Source of the DNA: a virus
Length of the DNA stretch: 64,000 bases
Virus record (IMG/VR): IMGVR_UViG_3300046703_000100
Coordinates: 27,573 to 91,572 of that record
Reading direction: 5' to 3' (one strand)
Part shown: positions 30,011 through 40,199 of the stretch, in pieces
Numbering within the stretch: position 1 is the stretch's first letter
How the letters are laid out: each line of letters begins with the position of its first letter
Notes under the pieces: generated by a model
What the model was told of the DNA's origin: nothing
The model's database searches: none
What the model saw: the letters and a program-made list of their open reading frames with translations, nothing else
Translations under genes and position numbers: made by a program

Positions 30011-30361
30011 TTATTTACCTGACTTTCTACGAAAAACTATACTTCCCTCTCCATAATTACTATCGATATGTTTCTGAGTTTCATCTTCTGATTTTTTAAG
30101 TCTTTTTTCTTTTCTATATAATAAATAAGCTTCGGTACGTATATCATCCTCTATAACTGCTTCTGATATGTATTTTTCTTGTAAATTTAAATCGTTAAAT
30201 AATACTCCATAAATTTCTAAATAATAAAGATACATAATTTGTATTTTAGATAAATCTTTATCATTCTCAAATAAATGAAGAGTTCCGATTTCTTTTGCTC
30301 TGTTATAATATATTTGAGCATAATGGGAACGAGCTAATTTTTGTAAATGTTCAATATTCAT
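30011..30361 (-). CDS. putative tail assembly chaperone (second)
   Basis: Position between tube and tape measure; VIEDD...EAYL. Confidence 0.55.
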   Translation of the reverse strand: MNIEHLQKLARSHYAQIYYNRAKEIGTLHLFENDKDLSKIQIMYLYYLEIYGVLFNDLNLQEKYISEAVIEDDIRTEAYLLYRKEKRLKKSEDETQKHIDSNYGEGSIVFRRKSGK

Positions 30362-30363
30362 TT

Positions 30364-30996
30364 TTATTTCTTTTCGTTATAGGAATATATCAAATAGGAA
30401 AGATAATAAAAAGCTTCGTTAATAACTTTTGAATCTGATTTCTTAAATTCTTCATAATTACTATAAACTCTCTTCCAATCAGTATCTGTTTTTTCTTCAA
30501 GAACAAGAAAGGTAGTATAAGAATTCACATAAAGTAATGATTGGTTTTCGATACTGTAAGAAAGAAGGTCTGTAACTTCCATTGAAATGCCAAATTGTTC
30601 TTCTCTCAAACGATGAATTTCTTTCTTTAATGATTCTATATCTTTAGACAATTCAGCAGTGGCTAATCTAAGTAATGTGCTCTTGATGTCTTCTTGTAAA
30701 GAAAGTATTCTTTTTTCTTTTTCAACGATATTAATACCTTTTGCAAGATATTTTGTTATCCATTGATTTTTAAACATATAACTATCATCGTTAATCATTT
30801 CTAAATATTTTTTACGACGAACCGTATCCATTTCTTGATGTTCTGTAAAAGTAGGTTTGCGAACTCTATAAGTTTTATTCTCAATAATAAATTCTATTTT
30901 ATTATCTTTAACTAAATTTTCCATCTTTATCGTATCTTCGAGGTCATTAAGAGCTTTCATCGCTTCAAGTGCTATCTCTTTTTTATTCTTATCCAT
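30364..30996 (-). CDS. putative tail assembly chaperone (first)
   Basis: Position; YRVRKPT motif. Confidence 0.55.
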   Translation of the reverse strand: MDKNKKEIALEAMKALNDLEDTIKMENLVKDNKIEFIIENKTYRVRKPTFTEHQEMDTVRRKKYLEMINDDSYMFKNQWITKYLAKGINIVEKEKRILSLQEDIKSTLLRLATAELSKDIESLKKEIHRLREEQFGISMEVTDLLSYSIENQSLLYVNSYTTFLVLEEKTDTDWKRVYSNYEEFKKSDSKVINEAFYYLSYLIYSYNEKK

Positions 30997-31040
30997 TTTA
31001 TTCTCCTTACGTTTAATTGTTACATAAAAAATAGCAAAGA

Positions 31041-31256
31041 CTATTTTATTGTGTCTTTGCTCTTAAATTGCACACTTCCATTTATTAATGTTTTTATATT
31101 TCTAATCCATTCATAACAATGCTCTTTAACCAAAGCCTTGTATAAATTTGGGGTTAAAGCATTTTCTTTTTCGAGCAATTCTATCCGTTTTAACAACACT
31201 CCGACAAGTACTTTACTTTGGTTGTCAAGTATTTCAAAAATTTCTTTAGTTTCCAT
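31041..31256 (-). CDS. small helical hypothetical protein
   Basis: ORF track; weakly resembles the N-half of ORF 40882. Confidence 0.55.
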   Translation of the reverse strand: METKEIFEILDNQSKVLVGVLLKRIELLEKENALTPNLYKALVKEHCYEWIRNIKTLINGSVQFKSKDTIK

Positions 31257-31289
31257 CTTACATTTCCTTACATAAAATTATTTTGAAAT

Positions 31290-31388
31290 GCGGAGGGAGA
31301 ACTTCAGTTTTATTTGCTGAAGTCTCCCTTCGCCACTGCTATAACCCAAAAAGAACTCTATCGCTAAATAGAGAATCTCTCTGGGGGT
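31290..31388 (-). terminator. two tandem long stem-loops downstream of the tail tube gene
   Basis: GGGAG-ACTTCAG/CTGAAGT-CTCCC stem at 31290-31333 and a CCC..CTCTAT/ATAGAG..GGG stem at 31343-31388. Confidence 0.55.
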
Positions 31389-31397
31389 AAATAAAAA

Positions 31398-32651
31398 TTA
31401 AATTCCTATAATCGTAGGGTCGGCACTAATGGTTAATTCTTGCCCCTCTAACTGATTTTCGGCTTTGACATACTCTTTCACTGTGATGCCCCCTCTTACT
31501 TCTTTAGGAGCGAGTTTTGTTGCTTTCATTCCATATTTGAAATGAGTTTTTGTATTATCAGAGAATATCTTTATGATAAGAGTAGCGTTATCTGTAAATT
31601 TTTCTATATCTATTTGACCAATATTGCCAGCCCCTCTCATAACTTCTTCAATCGTGAATTCTTCAAGAATTCTACCTAATGTAATGGTTACTGCCTTATC
31701 TCTAATGCCTCTCTGAACTACGTTTTTATTACCTAATTCTTTTAAATCCTCTCGTGTGTATTTTACATCAATTTTACAACTCTGCAATGTATAAAGATAA
31801 TCCTGAGCATCTGGATGAGCAGTTGCGGGTATGTACAAATAAATAGATACGCAATCTCCTAAAATACCAGCTATGTCTGTATCATTTAATACAAATACTT
31901 CTGGTGAAGTAGCAGATGTATACCAATATTTTATAACATCGGAAGTATAACAATGGTCAACTGTAATTATTCCTGCTGAACCATAAGTAACCTGCCCTAA
32001 ATCTATAGAAGTTTTCAAATCTAATAGAATAGTTGACACTCCTGCTCTAACTCTAACAACTCTTAATATATATTTGTCAGTATTATCAGGAAGTTCAACA
32101 GGCATATAAGACGAAACATCTATTACCACAGATTCATCGCTAACACTGCTTCCAACTATTTCTTGATTATTTATAATGTACTGATTTGCTCCTCTAAAAA
32201 TTTCACCAGCTTCTCCAATAAAGTCAAAAGTTCTTTCTGCCTTTGTCTCTGGTGCTCCTATATTAAGACCCCATGAATTCGTTCTTAAATTAGGATACCA
32301 ATATGTACCTTCGAATGTTCCATCATCATTTGTTAAATAAGCGGAAATATCGAAAATAGATGTTTTGAAATCGTTCATTACTATTCCGTCTTCTCCGTCA
32401 TTTCCTTTTACTTCATCATTAATTAATTTCTGCCAAAACTCTATATTACCATATTCTAACTGTGTTAAACGATAAGTAACATTTGGTGTTTTGTTCAAAT
32501 AACCAACTAAATCTTCTCTACCAATTTCATCAACACGCTCTCTATTAAGAGCGATAGCAGGGTCTATGGCTTGGGCACGGTCTATATTAGCAGACGCACC
32601 TATACCTAAAACCGGCGTTAATTTTGGTGCATAAAACGAACTGTGAATCAT
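31398..32651 (-). CDS. major tail tube protein
   Basis: Repeated [DE]E[IL]G motifs, beta-rich, upstream of the chaperones; start taken at MIHSS after AAGGAGG. Confidence 0.7.
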   Translation of the reverse strand: MIHSSFYAPKLTPVLGIGASANIDRAQAIDPAIALNRERVDEIGREDLVGYLNKTPNVTYRLTQLEYGNIEFWQKLINDEVKGNDGEDGIVMNDFKTSIFDISAYLTNDDGTFEGTYWYPNLRTNSWGLNIGAPETKAERTFDFIGEAGEIFRGANQYIINNQEIVGSSVSDESVVIDVSSYMPVELPDNTDKYILRVVRVRAGVSTILLDLKTSIDLGQVTYGSAGIITVDHCYTSDVIKYWYTSATSPEVFVLNDTDIAGILGDCVSIYLYIPATAHPDAQDYLYTLQSCKIDVKYTREDLKELGNKNVVQRGIRDKAVTITLGRILEEFTIEEVMRGAGNIGQIDIEKFTDNATLIIKIFSDNTKTHFKYGMKATKLAPKEVRGGITVKEYVKAENQLEGQELTISADPTIIGI

Positions 32652-32784
32652 ATTATTTGCCCTCCTTTGGCAATCTCTCTTTCGGAGATTTTTCTTCACC
32701 TTTAAGAAAAACCAAGAGATATACTTCTAATACTTCATACAATTATTACAATTAGCATTTTATCTAATGCTACTTACATATTCT

Positions 32785-33045
32785 TTATCTATTTTTCTTT
32801 ATTGCTTTTATTTTTCGATTAAATCTTTGATTTTTTGTTCTTTCATCTACTCTTGCAAACCCGACTTCAAGTTTTGCAATACGTTCTTCTTCTTTTTCTT
32901 GTGATTTTTTAATTTCTTTAACGTCTAATGTAAGATGTTTGAGGTCATTTGCGATAATTTTAACAAATCCTGCAACAGTTATAATTATACCAAGTATTTG
33001 TAATATCGTTAAAGACGCTCCAAGTATCCAATAAGAATTTGGCAT
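32785..33045 (-). CDS. putative holin-like / XhlA-like membrane protein
   Basis: N-terminal TM, then coiled coil (RIAKLE) and a basic tail. Confidence 0.45.
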   Translation of the reverse strand: MPNSYWILGASLTILQILGIIITVAGFVKIIANDLKHLTLDVKEIKKSQEKEEERIAKLEVGFARVDERTKNQRFNRKIKAIKKNR

Positions 33046-33057
33046 ATTATTTTCTCC

Positions 33058-33786
33058 TTATATTAACTGATAAATTTTATTTATTATTTCTGTAAAATAA
33101 GCGAACCAAAAGTCTCTATTAAAATTGCTTTTGCAGTGACATTTATCGCATAAACTAACTAAATTTTCTTCTTTACAGTTTGTTTTATTATAATCTATAT
33201 GATGTATACTTAATTTTCTATTATTGTCTTTAAGTTCTTGTTTTTGTATTTTGTCACAGTATTGACATTTGTAATTATCTCTGTTTCTAATCGAGTCCTT
33301 AAAATCGTTTGTAAATTCAAAAGTATAAGGTTCTAAAGAACTCCAATTATTAAAATTGGGATTGTTTTCCCCCATCATTAATTTACTGTGTTCTGGACGT
33401 TTTTTACCTTTATGACTTTCAGTTTTTGTTCGAATTGGAATATCTAATTTTAATAACCAAGCATATATATTTTCATTAGAACAATTATATTCTTTTGCTA
33501 TTTGAACAATGGATTTATTTTCATCTATATAATCTTTAGATAATTGTTCTATAGTAATATGAAATTTATTTTTGCAACAACTACGGCATAACGCTGTGCC
33601 ATATAACGCCGAAGACCAACTTATTTTACTATTACATTGTATACAATAATAATTTTGTTTATCTCGTCTTTGTCCGATTTTTAATAATTGTTTATTAGCA
33701 CATTTTCGACATCTTGTAGATTGATAATGTATTAATTTATTACATTCAATACAATGATTTTTTAAATAATATTTTTTCTTCTTCAT
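33058..33786 (-). CDS. HNH endonuclease (paralogue 1) with Cys-rich repeats, HTH and NUMOD3-like segment
   Basis: IRNRDNYKCQYC...HHIDYNK.NC.EENL.SLCDKCH. Confidence 0.88.
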   Translation of the reverse strand: MKKKKYYLKNHCIECNKLIHYQSTRCRKCANKQLLKIGQRRDKQNYYCIQCNSKISWSSALYGTALCRSCCKNKFHITIEQLSKDYIDENKSIVQIAKEYNCSNENIYAWLLKLDIPIRTKTESHKGKKRPEHSKLMMGENNPNFNNWSSLEPYTFEFTNDFKDSIRNRDNYKCQYCDKIQKQELKDNNRKLSIHHIDYNKTNCKEENLVSLCDKCHCKSNFNRDFWFAYFTEIINKIYQLI

Positions 33787-33792
33787 ACTACT

Positions 33793-33821
33793 ATTATACC
33801 ATATTTTATGATAGATTGCAA
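33793..33821 (-). promoter_or_regulatory. sigma70-like promoter immediately before the HNH start codon
   Basis: TTGCAA-17 nt-TATAAT with TGG; ATG lies 6 nt after the -10 box. Confidence 0.75.
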
Positions 33822-33840
33822 GTTTTTTACACTCTTAATT

Positions 33841-34338
33841 TTATTCTAACTTTCCTCGATTAACGGTAAGTGTGATAAGATGTCTGTATCTATCTATTGT
33901 CTCTAATTTCGATTTTTCTGTATCGAATTTAATTGAAGTATCTCCAATTTTTAATACTCTTATTCTTCCTTCAGCAGTTTTTGATTGTATAATTGTACTT
34001 CTACCATCAGAAGATTTTTGAGTTATATATTTATAATAAGGACATCCGACTTTCATAATATCTATTATAAAATCTTTTAAATCCAATCTTTGTCCATCTG
34101 ACGTACTAAACAGATTAATTAATACTTGATAATCTCTTACTTCAGCATTGTCTCCCAATTCTCCATGATTAGTAACTGAACTTTCGCTTCTTACCGCAAT
34201 TACTGGAAGATTTAATCCATATGCTTCTTCAAATCCTTTAACAACTGCAATTCCTGTCCATGAGGCAGATGCAAGTTGAGCAATGATGTAGTCGATTACA
34301 CTCGCCTCGATATTGCGTGTTCTTCTGTAAATAGCCAT
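33841..34338 (-). CDS. putative tail terminator protein
   Basis: LPVIAV, GELG, INLF...QR.DL pattern; position in the neck block. Confidence 0.6.
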   Translation of the reverse strand: MAIYRRTRNIEASVIDYIIAQLASASWTGIAVVKGFEEAYGLNLPVIAVRSESSVTNHGELGDNAEVRDYQVLINLFSTSDGQRLDLKDFIIDIMKVGCPYYKYITQKSSDGRSTIIQSKTAEGRIRVLKIGDTSIKFDTEKSKLETIDRYRHLITLTVNRGKLE

Positions 34339-34340
34339 TA

Positions 34341-34910
34341 TTAAACTCCTGATTTAATTACTTTTATAAGATTTTGTAATTCATTGTCGAGCATTAATGT
34401 AGTACTTTCGATGTAGTTAATTCCTTTTATTGGAGAATGTACGTGCATAAAATAATTGCCTTCTTTACCATGTTCATTTTTAATATAAGGAGAGTGTGTA
34501 AATCTTTCATTTCCAACACCTGTTCCTGCCATATTAAAATCGGGGGCGTGTCCATCAAAAGAACCTGGTACTGCTTTACCAGTTAAACCTGCCCAAGACA
34601 TACCACCAAAATTTAGCAATGTCCAATATTTTGCTATACTATTTAATTCAGGAATGTGCCCAATACCCCACCAAATTTGTGCTGTACCTGCTCCTGCTTG
34701 ACCATATAATTTTATTGCTTGTATTAAATTTCCAGTTTTACCACTTCTTTTAGAATTATCGGCAATATAATTTCTCATATACGCTAACATTTTTTCACCT
34801 AAAGAATAAGCTTCTGATTGAAAAATCATCCAGTCTTTTTCAATAGTTTCGTGATAAATTATTTTAGAATCAAATTGGGGCGTTATAGATGCTGTTATGG
34901 AAAATTGCAT
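34341..34910 (-). CDS. putative neck protein (HK97 gp10-like)
   Basis: TGNL..I, Y..LLNFG and HSPIKG..Y motifs. Confidence 0.55.
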   Translation of the reverse strand: MQFSITASITPQFDSKIIYHETIEKDWMIFQSEAYSLGEKMLAYMRNYIADNSKRSGKTGNLIQAIKLYGQAGAGTAQIWWGIGHIPELNSIAKYWTLLNFGGMSWAGLTGKAVPGSFDGHAPDFNMAGTGVGNERFTHSPYIKNEHGKEGNYFMHVHSPIKGINYIESTTLMLDNELQNLIKVIKSGV

Positions 34911-34916
34911 ATTAAT

Positions 34917-35537
34917 TTACTTTCTTATAGCAATTCCTAATTCTTTTAAATCTTTTTCCATTATTAATTGTATTTTTATCTCTGGATAAAATATTTTCGT
35001 TAAATCAAATTTAAATTTAGCATCATCTATCCAGTAACCTTTTATTTCTATATATTCATTGGTTTCAGGTAAATAAAAATCAGGTGTATAAGTAGTATCG
35101 CCTAAGTCAAATGCTTTTGGTTCGTATATCCATTTAATATCATTGTCGTCTAAAAATTGAGCGAAATTAACTTCCCATTGTGAATGAAAACAATTATCTT
35201 TATACCAAATTCGTTTACCATGAAAAAGAACTTTACCGAAATGAGGATGTTTTCTTCCTTGCATTTCTTTATGAAAACAATCTGCACATCTTCCTTTACC
35301 AGCGAAAACAGTTTGATGACTTGTTTCTTTACCGCATTTACAATAATAATGTTTATCTTGACAAGTTAATCCATGAATAAATTGATTATTATTACTGCCT
35401 CCATGTATTATTTTATTTTCTGGTCTTTTTTTACCAAACATAGAATTTAAAGAACCTTTATGAGAACAAGATTTACATCTTATCGATTTTGACCAAATTA
35501 ATGTTCCACAATCAATACATTTATTATGTTTATGCAT
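34917..35537 (-). CDS. PD-(D/E)XK endonuclease (T7 endonuclease I-like) with an N-terminal Cys-rich region
   Basis: SQWE..FA..LD...I.W.YEP...YTPDFYLP....IEIKGY. Confidence 0.8.
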   Translation of the reverse strand: MHKHNKCIDCGTLIWSKSIRCKSCSHKGSLNSMFGKKRPENKIIHGGSNNNQFIHGLTCQDKHYYCKCGKETSHQTVFAGKGRCADCFHKEMQGRKHPHFGKVLFHGKRIWYKDNCFHSQWEVNFAQFLDDNDIKWIYEPKAFDLGDTTYTPDFYLPETNEYIEIKGYWIDDAKFKFDLTKIFYPEIKIQLIMEKDLKELGIAIRK

Positions 35538-35899
35538 TATACTAATTTCCTATATATATATGCTCTGATAAAATGATAGGGTGATTCTCCTTCTAATTTA
35601 TATTGAAGACGACCTGAAATACGCCATCCTTCAAAATATTCCTCTCCAACTTGTATTTTATAAGAATTAAGAAGTATTGAAAGATTTCTTGCTTCGATGA
35701 TAATTTGTTTAGCATTGTCGGTAACTATTCCTGGCATTGCCCAGGTAACTTTTTCAAATGCTAAATCAGTTACTATTGCTTTTATAGTGATTGGATTTAA
35801 TTCTATATCGGTTTTGTTGTGTTCGTATGGGTCATTATCGCTTGATATAGAAGGATATAATCTAATTGGTTGTGAATGGTCTCTGAAAACGGTTTTCAT
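35537..35899 (-). CDS. putative head closure protein
   Basis: ~120 aa, beta-rich; position upstream of the neck genes. Confidence 0.5.
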   Translation of the reverse strand: MKTVFRDHSQPIRLYPSISSDNDPYEHNKTDIELNPITIKAIVTDLAFEKVTWAMPGIVTDNAKQIIIEARNLSILLNSYKIQVGEEYFEGWRISGRLQYKLEGESPYHFIRAYIYRKLV

Positions 35900-36143
35900 A
35901 TATTTACTTTCTTTTAATATTTATTTCTTATATTGTTCCATCGAATAATATTTTATAGTTTACTCCTTATGCACATATATCCCCTTTATACTATTTCCGC
36001 AGGTCTTTATATTTTTCTTGGCACTCTACGCATTTCATATTCTTATCACCAGAAAATATACCTTTATCATGGTCGCAAGGAATATACGGTGTCTGTGCAC
36101 CTACTACAATACAAGTTACGCCTTTATCTTTCATATATCTCCT

Positions 36144-38006
36144 TTAAGCTGAAGCTTTCAATCTAATGGTTGCTATAACAGCAGTAATACTTGTTCCCAT
36201 TTTATTCTCAACTCTGTAATAAGAGCTTGCATAGCAACCAACATTTATTTTGTTATCTGTGCCCAAAGTAGTTGTAAAATCAGCCCCATTTTGCCATAGT
36301 ATAGCTTGTTCTCCACTAAAACCGATAACCAATGCACAAGAGCCAGTAGCAGCAACTGTAACTGAAATAAGTCCAGCACCAGTTGACAAAGTGCAAGTTC
36401 CATCATCAGCCAATATAACAGTATTAGCAACTCCAACTAAATCTAATCCCCATTGGACAGTTGGAACATTACTTATTGATATGCCATTTGTGAAACTTGG
36501 AGCTGACAATGAAGCTGGCTTATCACTAAACGCAAAGGCAGATGAGCCTTCTACACACATAGCACCGTCAAACCAGATTACATCTCCAGCAGTTGGGGAA
36601 TAGAAGTATAATATTACATTTGTTCCTGAAGCATCAGTCGTAAACTTTCCAATTTTAGTTTCCCAAGTTGTAGAGGTAGAATCTGTAGCTGGCATATTAA
36701 CTGCTGCGTCAGTAGTAGCAACTCTTGAAGTATCTCCTGCTGTAACTTTAGTTCTATAAGAAACTGAATATGTGGTTGATGCCTTTAATCCTGTTAAGAT
36801 AATATGTATATCTTCACCTGGTGCATTTAATGTAATCTTTTGTGAAACAGCACCATAACCAATATCACCTGTATCAACAGCTAATGTTGGTGAACCGCCT
36901 TTGGCAAAGCCATCAGGAGCTGCCGTAACTCCTGCCGAATGACACTCTAAACTACCATTAAAGATGAGATTGGTGGGGTTGACTGTACCATCTGATTTCG
37001 GAAAAAATCCATAAAAATATGTTAAAAGAGTTGCTTTAATATTTGCCCATGTAAGTTTTCGTTTAGCATTAGAATTTGCGTCTGATTCTATTAAAGTAAC
37101 ATCAGCATCTAATGGTGTAGGTTTGTCTGTCATTGCAAAAATTTCACCAGCAGTTGTTTTGGATATTTTTCCATCAGCATAGGTTTTTACTGCACTTTGC
37201 GAAGGATATTTTGTAGTAGAATTATCTGTTAATGCTCCATCAGTAGATTTATTTGCTTGGTCTTCAGGAACATAACCTATATTAGTATTTAAAATATTCC
37301 AATTAGTAGGAGTTTGGTCAGGGTTATCTACTATAGCAATAAGAGCATCGCCTACTGTAACAGGAATACCGTCTAAGACACCTGCTACTGATATAGCCCA
37401 TGTATCTCCTTTTAAAATTGTTTCTCCACTACCTGAACCACCTGTTACTGGATAAGTATTACCTGAAGCATTAAAAGCTCCTCGATAGTCGAGTAATCCA
37501 ATAACTAAATTATCTGCATAATCTTTTGTAGCTTTTACAGAAGGATATTTGGTATCTGATGAACCGTCTGTAACAACATTTGTGGATTTATTTGCTACAT
37601 CTTCTGCTGTGTAAGCGAAAGTCGCTTTATAAAGAGTATCAAAATATGTTTTAAGTGTTGCTTCGGATAATCCATTACATACTGTCCAAGTATTAGTATC
37701 TACTTTTAATAGAGAAATTATAGCATATTGTCCATTAGTTGCAAGTCCATTTTCAGAATTAACCGTTACATCACCATCTATAGGAGTTATAGTTATTGCT
37801 CCTACTCCACTTTGTCTTACTGCAATTGTGGTTCCTATACCAAAAGCAACAGCAGAATTCTTAGGAATAGTTAAAGTCATTGCAGAAGATTTGTTCATAT
37901 CTATTATTTTATCTGCATCTCCTATAATTAATGTATAACTATCTGTCTGAGAATTTATTATTATATCTTTTATCTGACTTGCACTTAATTGAGTATTACG
38001 TTTCAT
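36144..38006 (-). CDS. fibre-like virion protein with a CBM-like jelly-roll domain
   Basis: Two ED.ANKST...TKYPS..A.K.YAD repeats; NLIFNGSLE...PDGF CBM-like start; T/S/G-rich. Confidence 0.65.
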   Translation of the reverse strand: MKRNTQLSASQIKDIIINSQTDSYTLIIGDADKIIDMNKSSAMTLTIPKNSAVAFGIGTTIAVRQSGVGAITITPIDGDVTVNSENGLATNGQYAIISLLKVDTNTWTVCNGLSEATLKTYFDTLYKATFAYTAEDVANKSTNVVTDGSSDTKYPSVKATKDYADNLVIGLLDYRGAFNASGNTYPVTGGSGSGETILKGDTWAISVAGVLDGIPVTVGDALIAIVDNPDQTPTNWNILNTNIGYVPEDQANKSTDGALTDNSTTKYPSQSAVKTYADGKISKTTAGEIFAMTDKPTPLDADVTLIESDANSNAKRKLTWANIKATLLTYFYGFFPKSDGTVNPTNLIFNGSLECHSAGVTAAPDGFAKGGSPTLAVDTGDIGYGAVSQKITLNAPGEDIHIILTGLKASTTYSVSYRTKVTAGDTSRVATTDAAVNMPATDSTSTTWETKIGKFTTDASGTNVILYFYSPTAGDVIWFDGAMCVEGSSAFAFSDKPASLSAPSFTNGISISNVPTVQWGLDLVGVANTVILADDGTCTLSTGAGLISVTVAATGSCALVIGFSGEQAILWQNGADFTTTLGTDNKINVGCYASSYYRVENKMGTSITAVIATIRLKASA

Positions 38007-38033
38007 TTTATTTCTCCTTATAATATTTTAAAA

Positions 38034-39176
38034 TTAATTAGTACTTCCCCATGCACTAGGTATAGAAGCATAATTATCTAAACTTGTAAGACTGTTTCCT
38101 GCTCCTGCAAAACAAGAAGTTTTTGTAGGCGTTCCTGTTCCGAAATTACAGTTCCAAAGGTCAGGAGCTGTTCCTTGTGTACCGGTAAATGTACTACGAT
38201 AAAAACATTGATTAAAATCAACACTTTGATTTAAGAATCTTGTTCCTGAATCTCCAATAGAATAAAAAATAGTATCGTTTAATTGTAATTTCTTACAACC
38301 ACTGAATGTACTAAGAAAAGTAGTAGCCTCCGTATTGTATTTGAATAATAATGAGGGAACGGTTGTCAACCCAATACAACCAGAGAACGCATTATTAAAA
38401 TCCGTAACTAATGTATTGTATTGAAATAGATTAGCATTTAACGATGTTATTCTAATACAAGATGCAAATATGCCACTAAATTCTCTAACCCCTATATTAT
38501 ATCTAAATATATCATTAGGTATTGATATTAAACTTATGTTATTACACCCATTAAATATACCACTAAAAATAGTAACTGCTGTATTATATTTAAATAAATC
38601 TGATACTATAGCAGTTAATGCACTGCACCCCATAAATATACTTTCAAAAATAGTAACTGCTATACAGTTATCAAACATTCCACTTGGTATAGAAGTTATA
38701 GAGATACAATTTCTAAATGTATTCACAGCAGATGTTAAAGAAGCAAAATTACCTAAAGGAACAATCGTATTAAGATTTGAACAACCATAAAAACTTAATT
38801 TTTTAAATCCCATATCTCCTGTAAAAGAAATCATTTTAGTGATTTTTAATATACTATTGTTTTCATTAATATTGTTAAAAGAAAATGCTTCGCATAATCC
38901 TGCCATAATAATTTGATAAGTTCCAGTAGAAGTATAAACATGAGTTCTATCTGCATCATTATAAGAAGTAATATTACTTTCTGCTCCGCCGTCTCCCCAA
39001 TCTATTACAAAATTATGAGAATAACTAGCACCAGCATTATTAGTAGGTATTGTAAAAGTTTTTCCAGCAGTTGTGTTAACTGTAAGAGAAATTTCAAAAG
39101 TAAATGTATTATTATATATAGGAATTTTTGCAATACTATTATTATTTAATCCTAAATTTAAAAGTTTAAGAGACAT
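38034..39176 (-). CDS. PKD + BspA-type leucine-rich repeat protein
   Basis: IDWGDG...THVYTSTGTY (PKD); ~7 repeats F.GC..LT.IP..LF.YNT. Confidence 0.8.
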   Translation of the reverse strand: MSLKLLNLGLNNNSIAKIPIYNNTFTFEISLTVNTTAGKTFTIPTNNAGASYSHNFVIDWGDGGAESNITSYNDADRTHVYTSTGTYQIIMAGLCEAFSFNNINENNSILKITKMISFTGDMGFKKLSFYGCSNLNTIVPLGNFASLTSAVNTFRNCISITSIPSGMFDNCIAVTIFESIFMGCSALTAIVSDLFKYNTAVTIFSGIFNGCNNISLISIPNDIFRYNIGVREFSGIFASCIRITSLNANLFQYNTLVTDFNNAFSGCIGLTTVPSLLFKYNTEATTFLSTFSGCKKLQLNDTIFYSIGDSGTRFLNQSVDFNQCFYRSTFTGTQGTAPDLWNCNFGTGTPTKTSCFAGAGNSLTSLDNYASIPSAWGSTN

Positions 39177-39177
39177 A

Positions 39178-39474
39178 TTATTCTTTCTTTTCTTCTGGTT
39201 TTTCTGGTTCTAAAAGTTGTATTAATACTAAGATTATTCCGTCTAATTTTAAAAGGGTTTCCTTATTGTCTTTAATTTGAGCATATTGTTTATCTAATAC
39301 TTCTAAACCTTTTTTCTTTTCAGCTTTTGCCCAAACAAGTTTGTCTTCTATAACTTTTCTTAAATTTCGAGAATCTTCTACTCGACGTTCAACCATTTTA
39401 TCTAATGTTTTTTGCATCTTTTCTTTTTTCTCTTCAGGAAGATTTGCGATTGCCTTACCTCTTAACTTAGACAT
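39178..39474 (-). CDS. hypothetical coiled-coil protein
   Basis: ORF track; AAGGAGA RBS. Confidence 0.6.
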   Translation of the reverse strand: MSKLRGKAIANLPEEKKEKMQKTLDKMVERRVEDSRNLRKVIEDKLVWAKAEKKKGLEVLDKQYAQIKDNKETLLKLDGIILVLIQLLEPEKPEEKKE

Positions 39475-39500
39475 TGTATTTCTCCTTATTTTAGTTTTAT

Positions 39501-39532
39501 TTGGGGGAGGAGTTGTACTCCCCCCTTTTTTC
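39501..39532 (-). terminator. GC-rich stem-loop after the decoration-like gene
   Basis: Minus strand AAAAAA GGGGGGAG TACAA CTCCTCCC CCAA. Confidence 0.55.
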
Positions 39533-39572
39533 TATATAACTTAATGTATGTTTTGGGTTTTTTAATTAACTT

Positions 39573-40118
39573 TTAAGCTTGTGCAATATAATGCACAACA
39601 ATTATATCATCTGCCTCAGTTGCCTCTGCAAAAGTAATCTGCTTACCACTAATCGTATAATCTTTTGCGGAACCTTCCTCTTGCAACAGACCTCTAAGAT
39701 ATACCTGAACTGAATTCGCTACAGGAGTATCTGTAAGAGGTGCAGGGGTAGTATCTGAACTACCTGTTAAATCTTCAACTTTGAACGCACTTTCTAAAAT
39801 ACCAACCGCATCTGTAATGGTATAAAACTCTAAGCCATCTGCACCAGCAGTAACTCTTACACCTTTAAGAGATGCGTCAGCATATGTAGAAGGAGCATCT
39901 GTTAAACCAATAAATGCTAATTCCTGTAACGCACTATCAGCTTTACCCAATGAGCTAACTACACCTGCATCTAAATCAGCAGTTGTAATACCGCTACCAG
40001 GTTTCTGATAAGCAGAATCAGCTAATCCTAATGAAATGCCAATCGCTGATGTCAACTGGTCTAAACCGACATCACCATCTTTGATTTGAATACCACGTAT
40101 GGCAGTATTTCTGTTCAT
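39573..40118 (-). CDS. putative head decoration/fibre protein A
   Basis: Paralogue of 40200 (NRNTAIRGIQIKD; NSVxVYLxGLLQEEGS.KDY). Confidence 0.65.
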   Translation of the reverse strand: MNRNTAIRGIQIKDGDVGLDQLTSAIGISLGLADSAYQKPGSGITTADLDAGVVSSLGKADSALQELAFIGLTDAPSTYADASLKGVRVTAGADGLEFYTITDAVGILESAFKVEDLTGSSDTTPAPLTDTPVANSVQVYLRGLLQEEGSAKDYTISGKQITFAEATEADDIIVVHYIAQA

Positions 40119-40199
40119 TTTATTTCTCCTTGATTCTATTTTTTTATTTCTTATCCATCAAGGTTCATATTTCAATTTATTATTTTCAAATTTAATTGT

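Noticed and set aside
30340-30400. Programmed -1 frameshift between the two tail chaperone genes
   Set aside because: No canonical X XXY YYZ heptamer before the first stop (..AAC GAA AAG AAA TAA), and the second ORF has its own ATG 2 nt later
36144-39176. Diversity-generating retroelement targeting the fibre or LRR genes
   Set aside because: No reverse transcriptase and no template/variable repeat pair seen in the window
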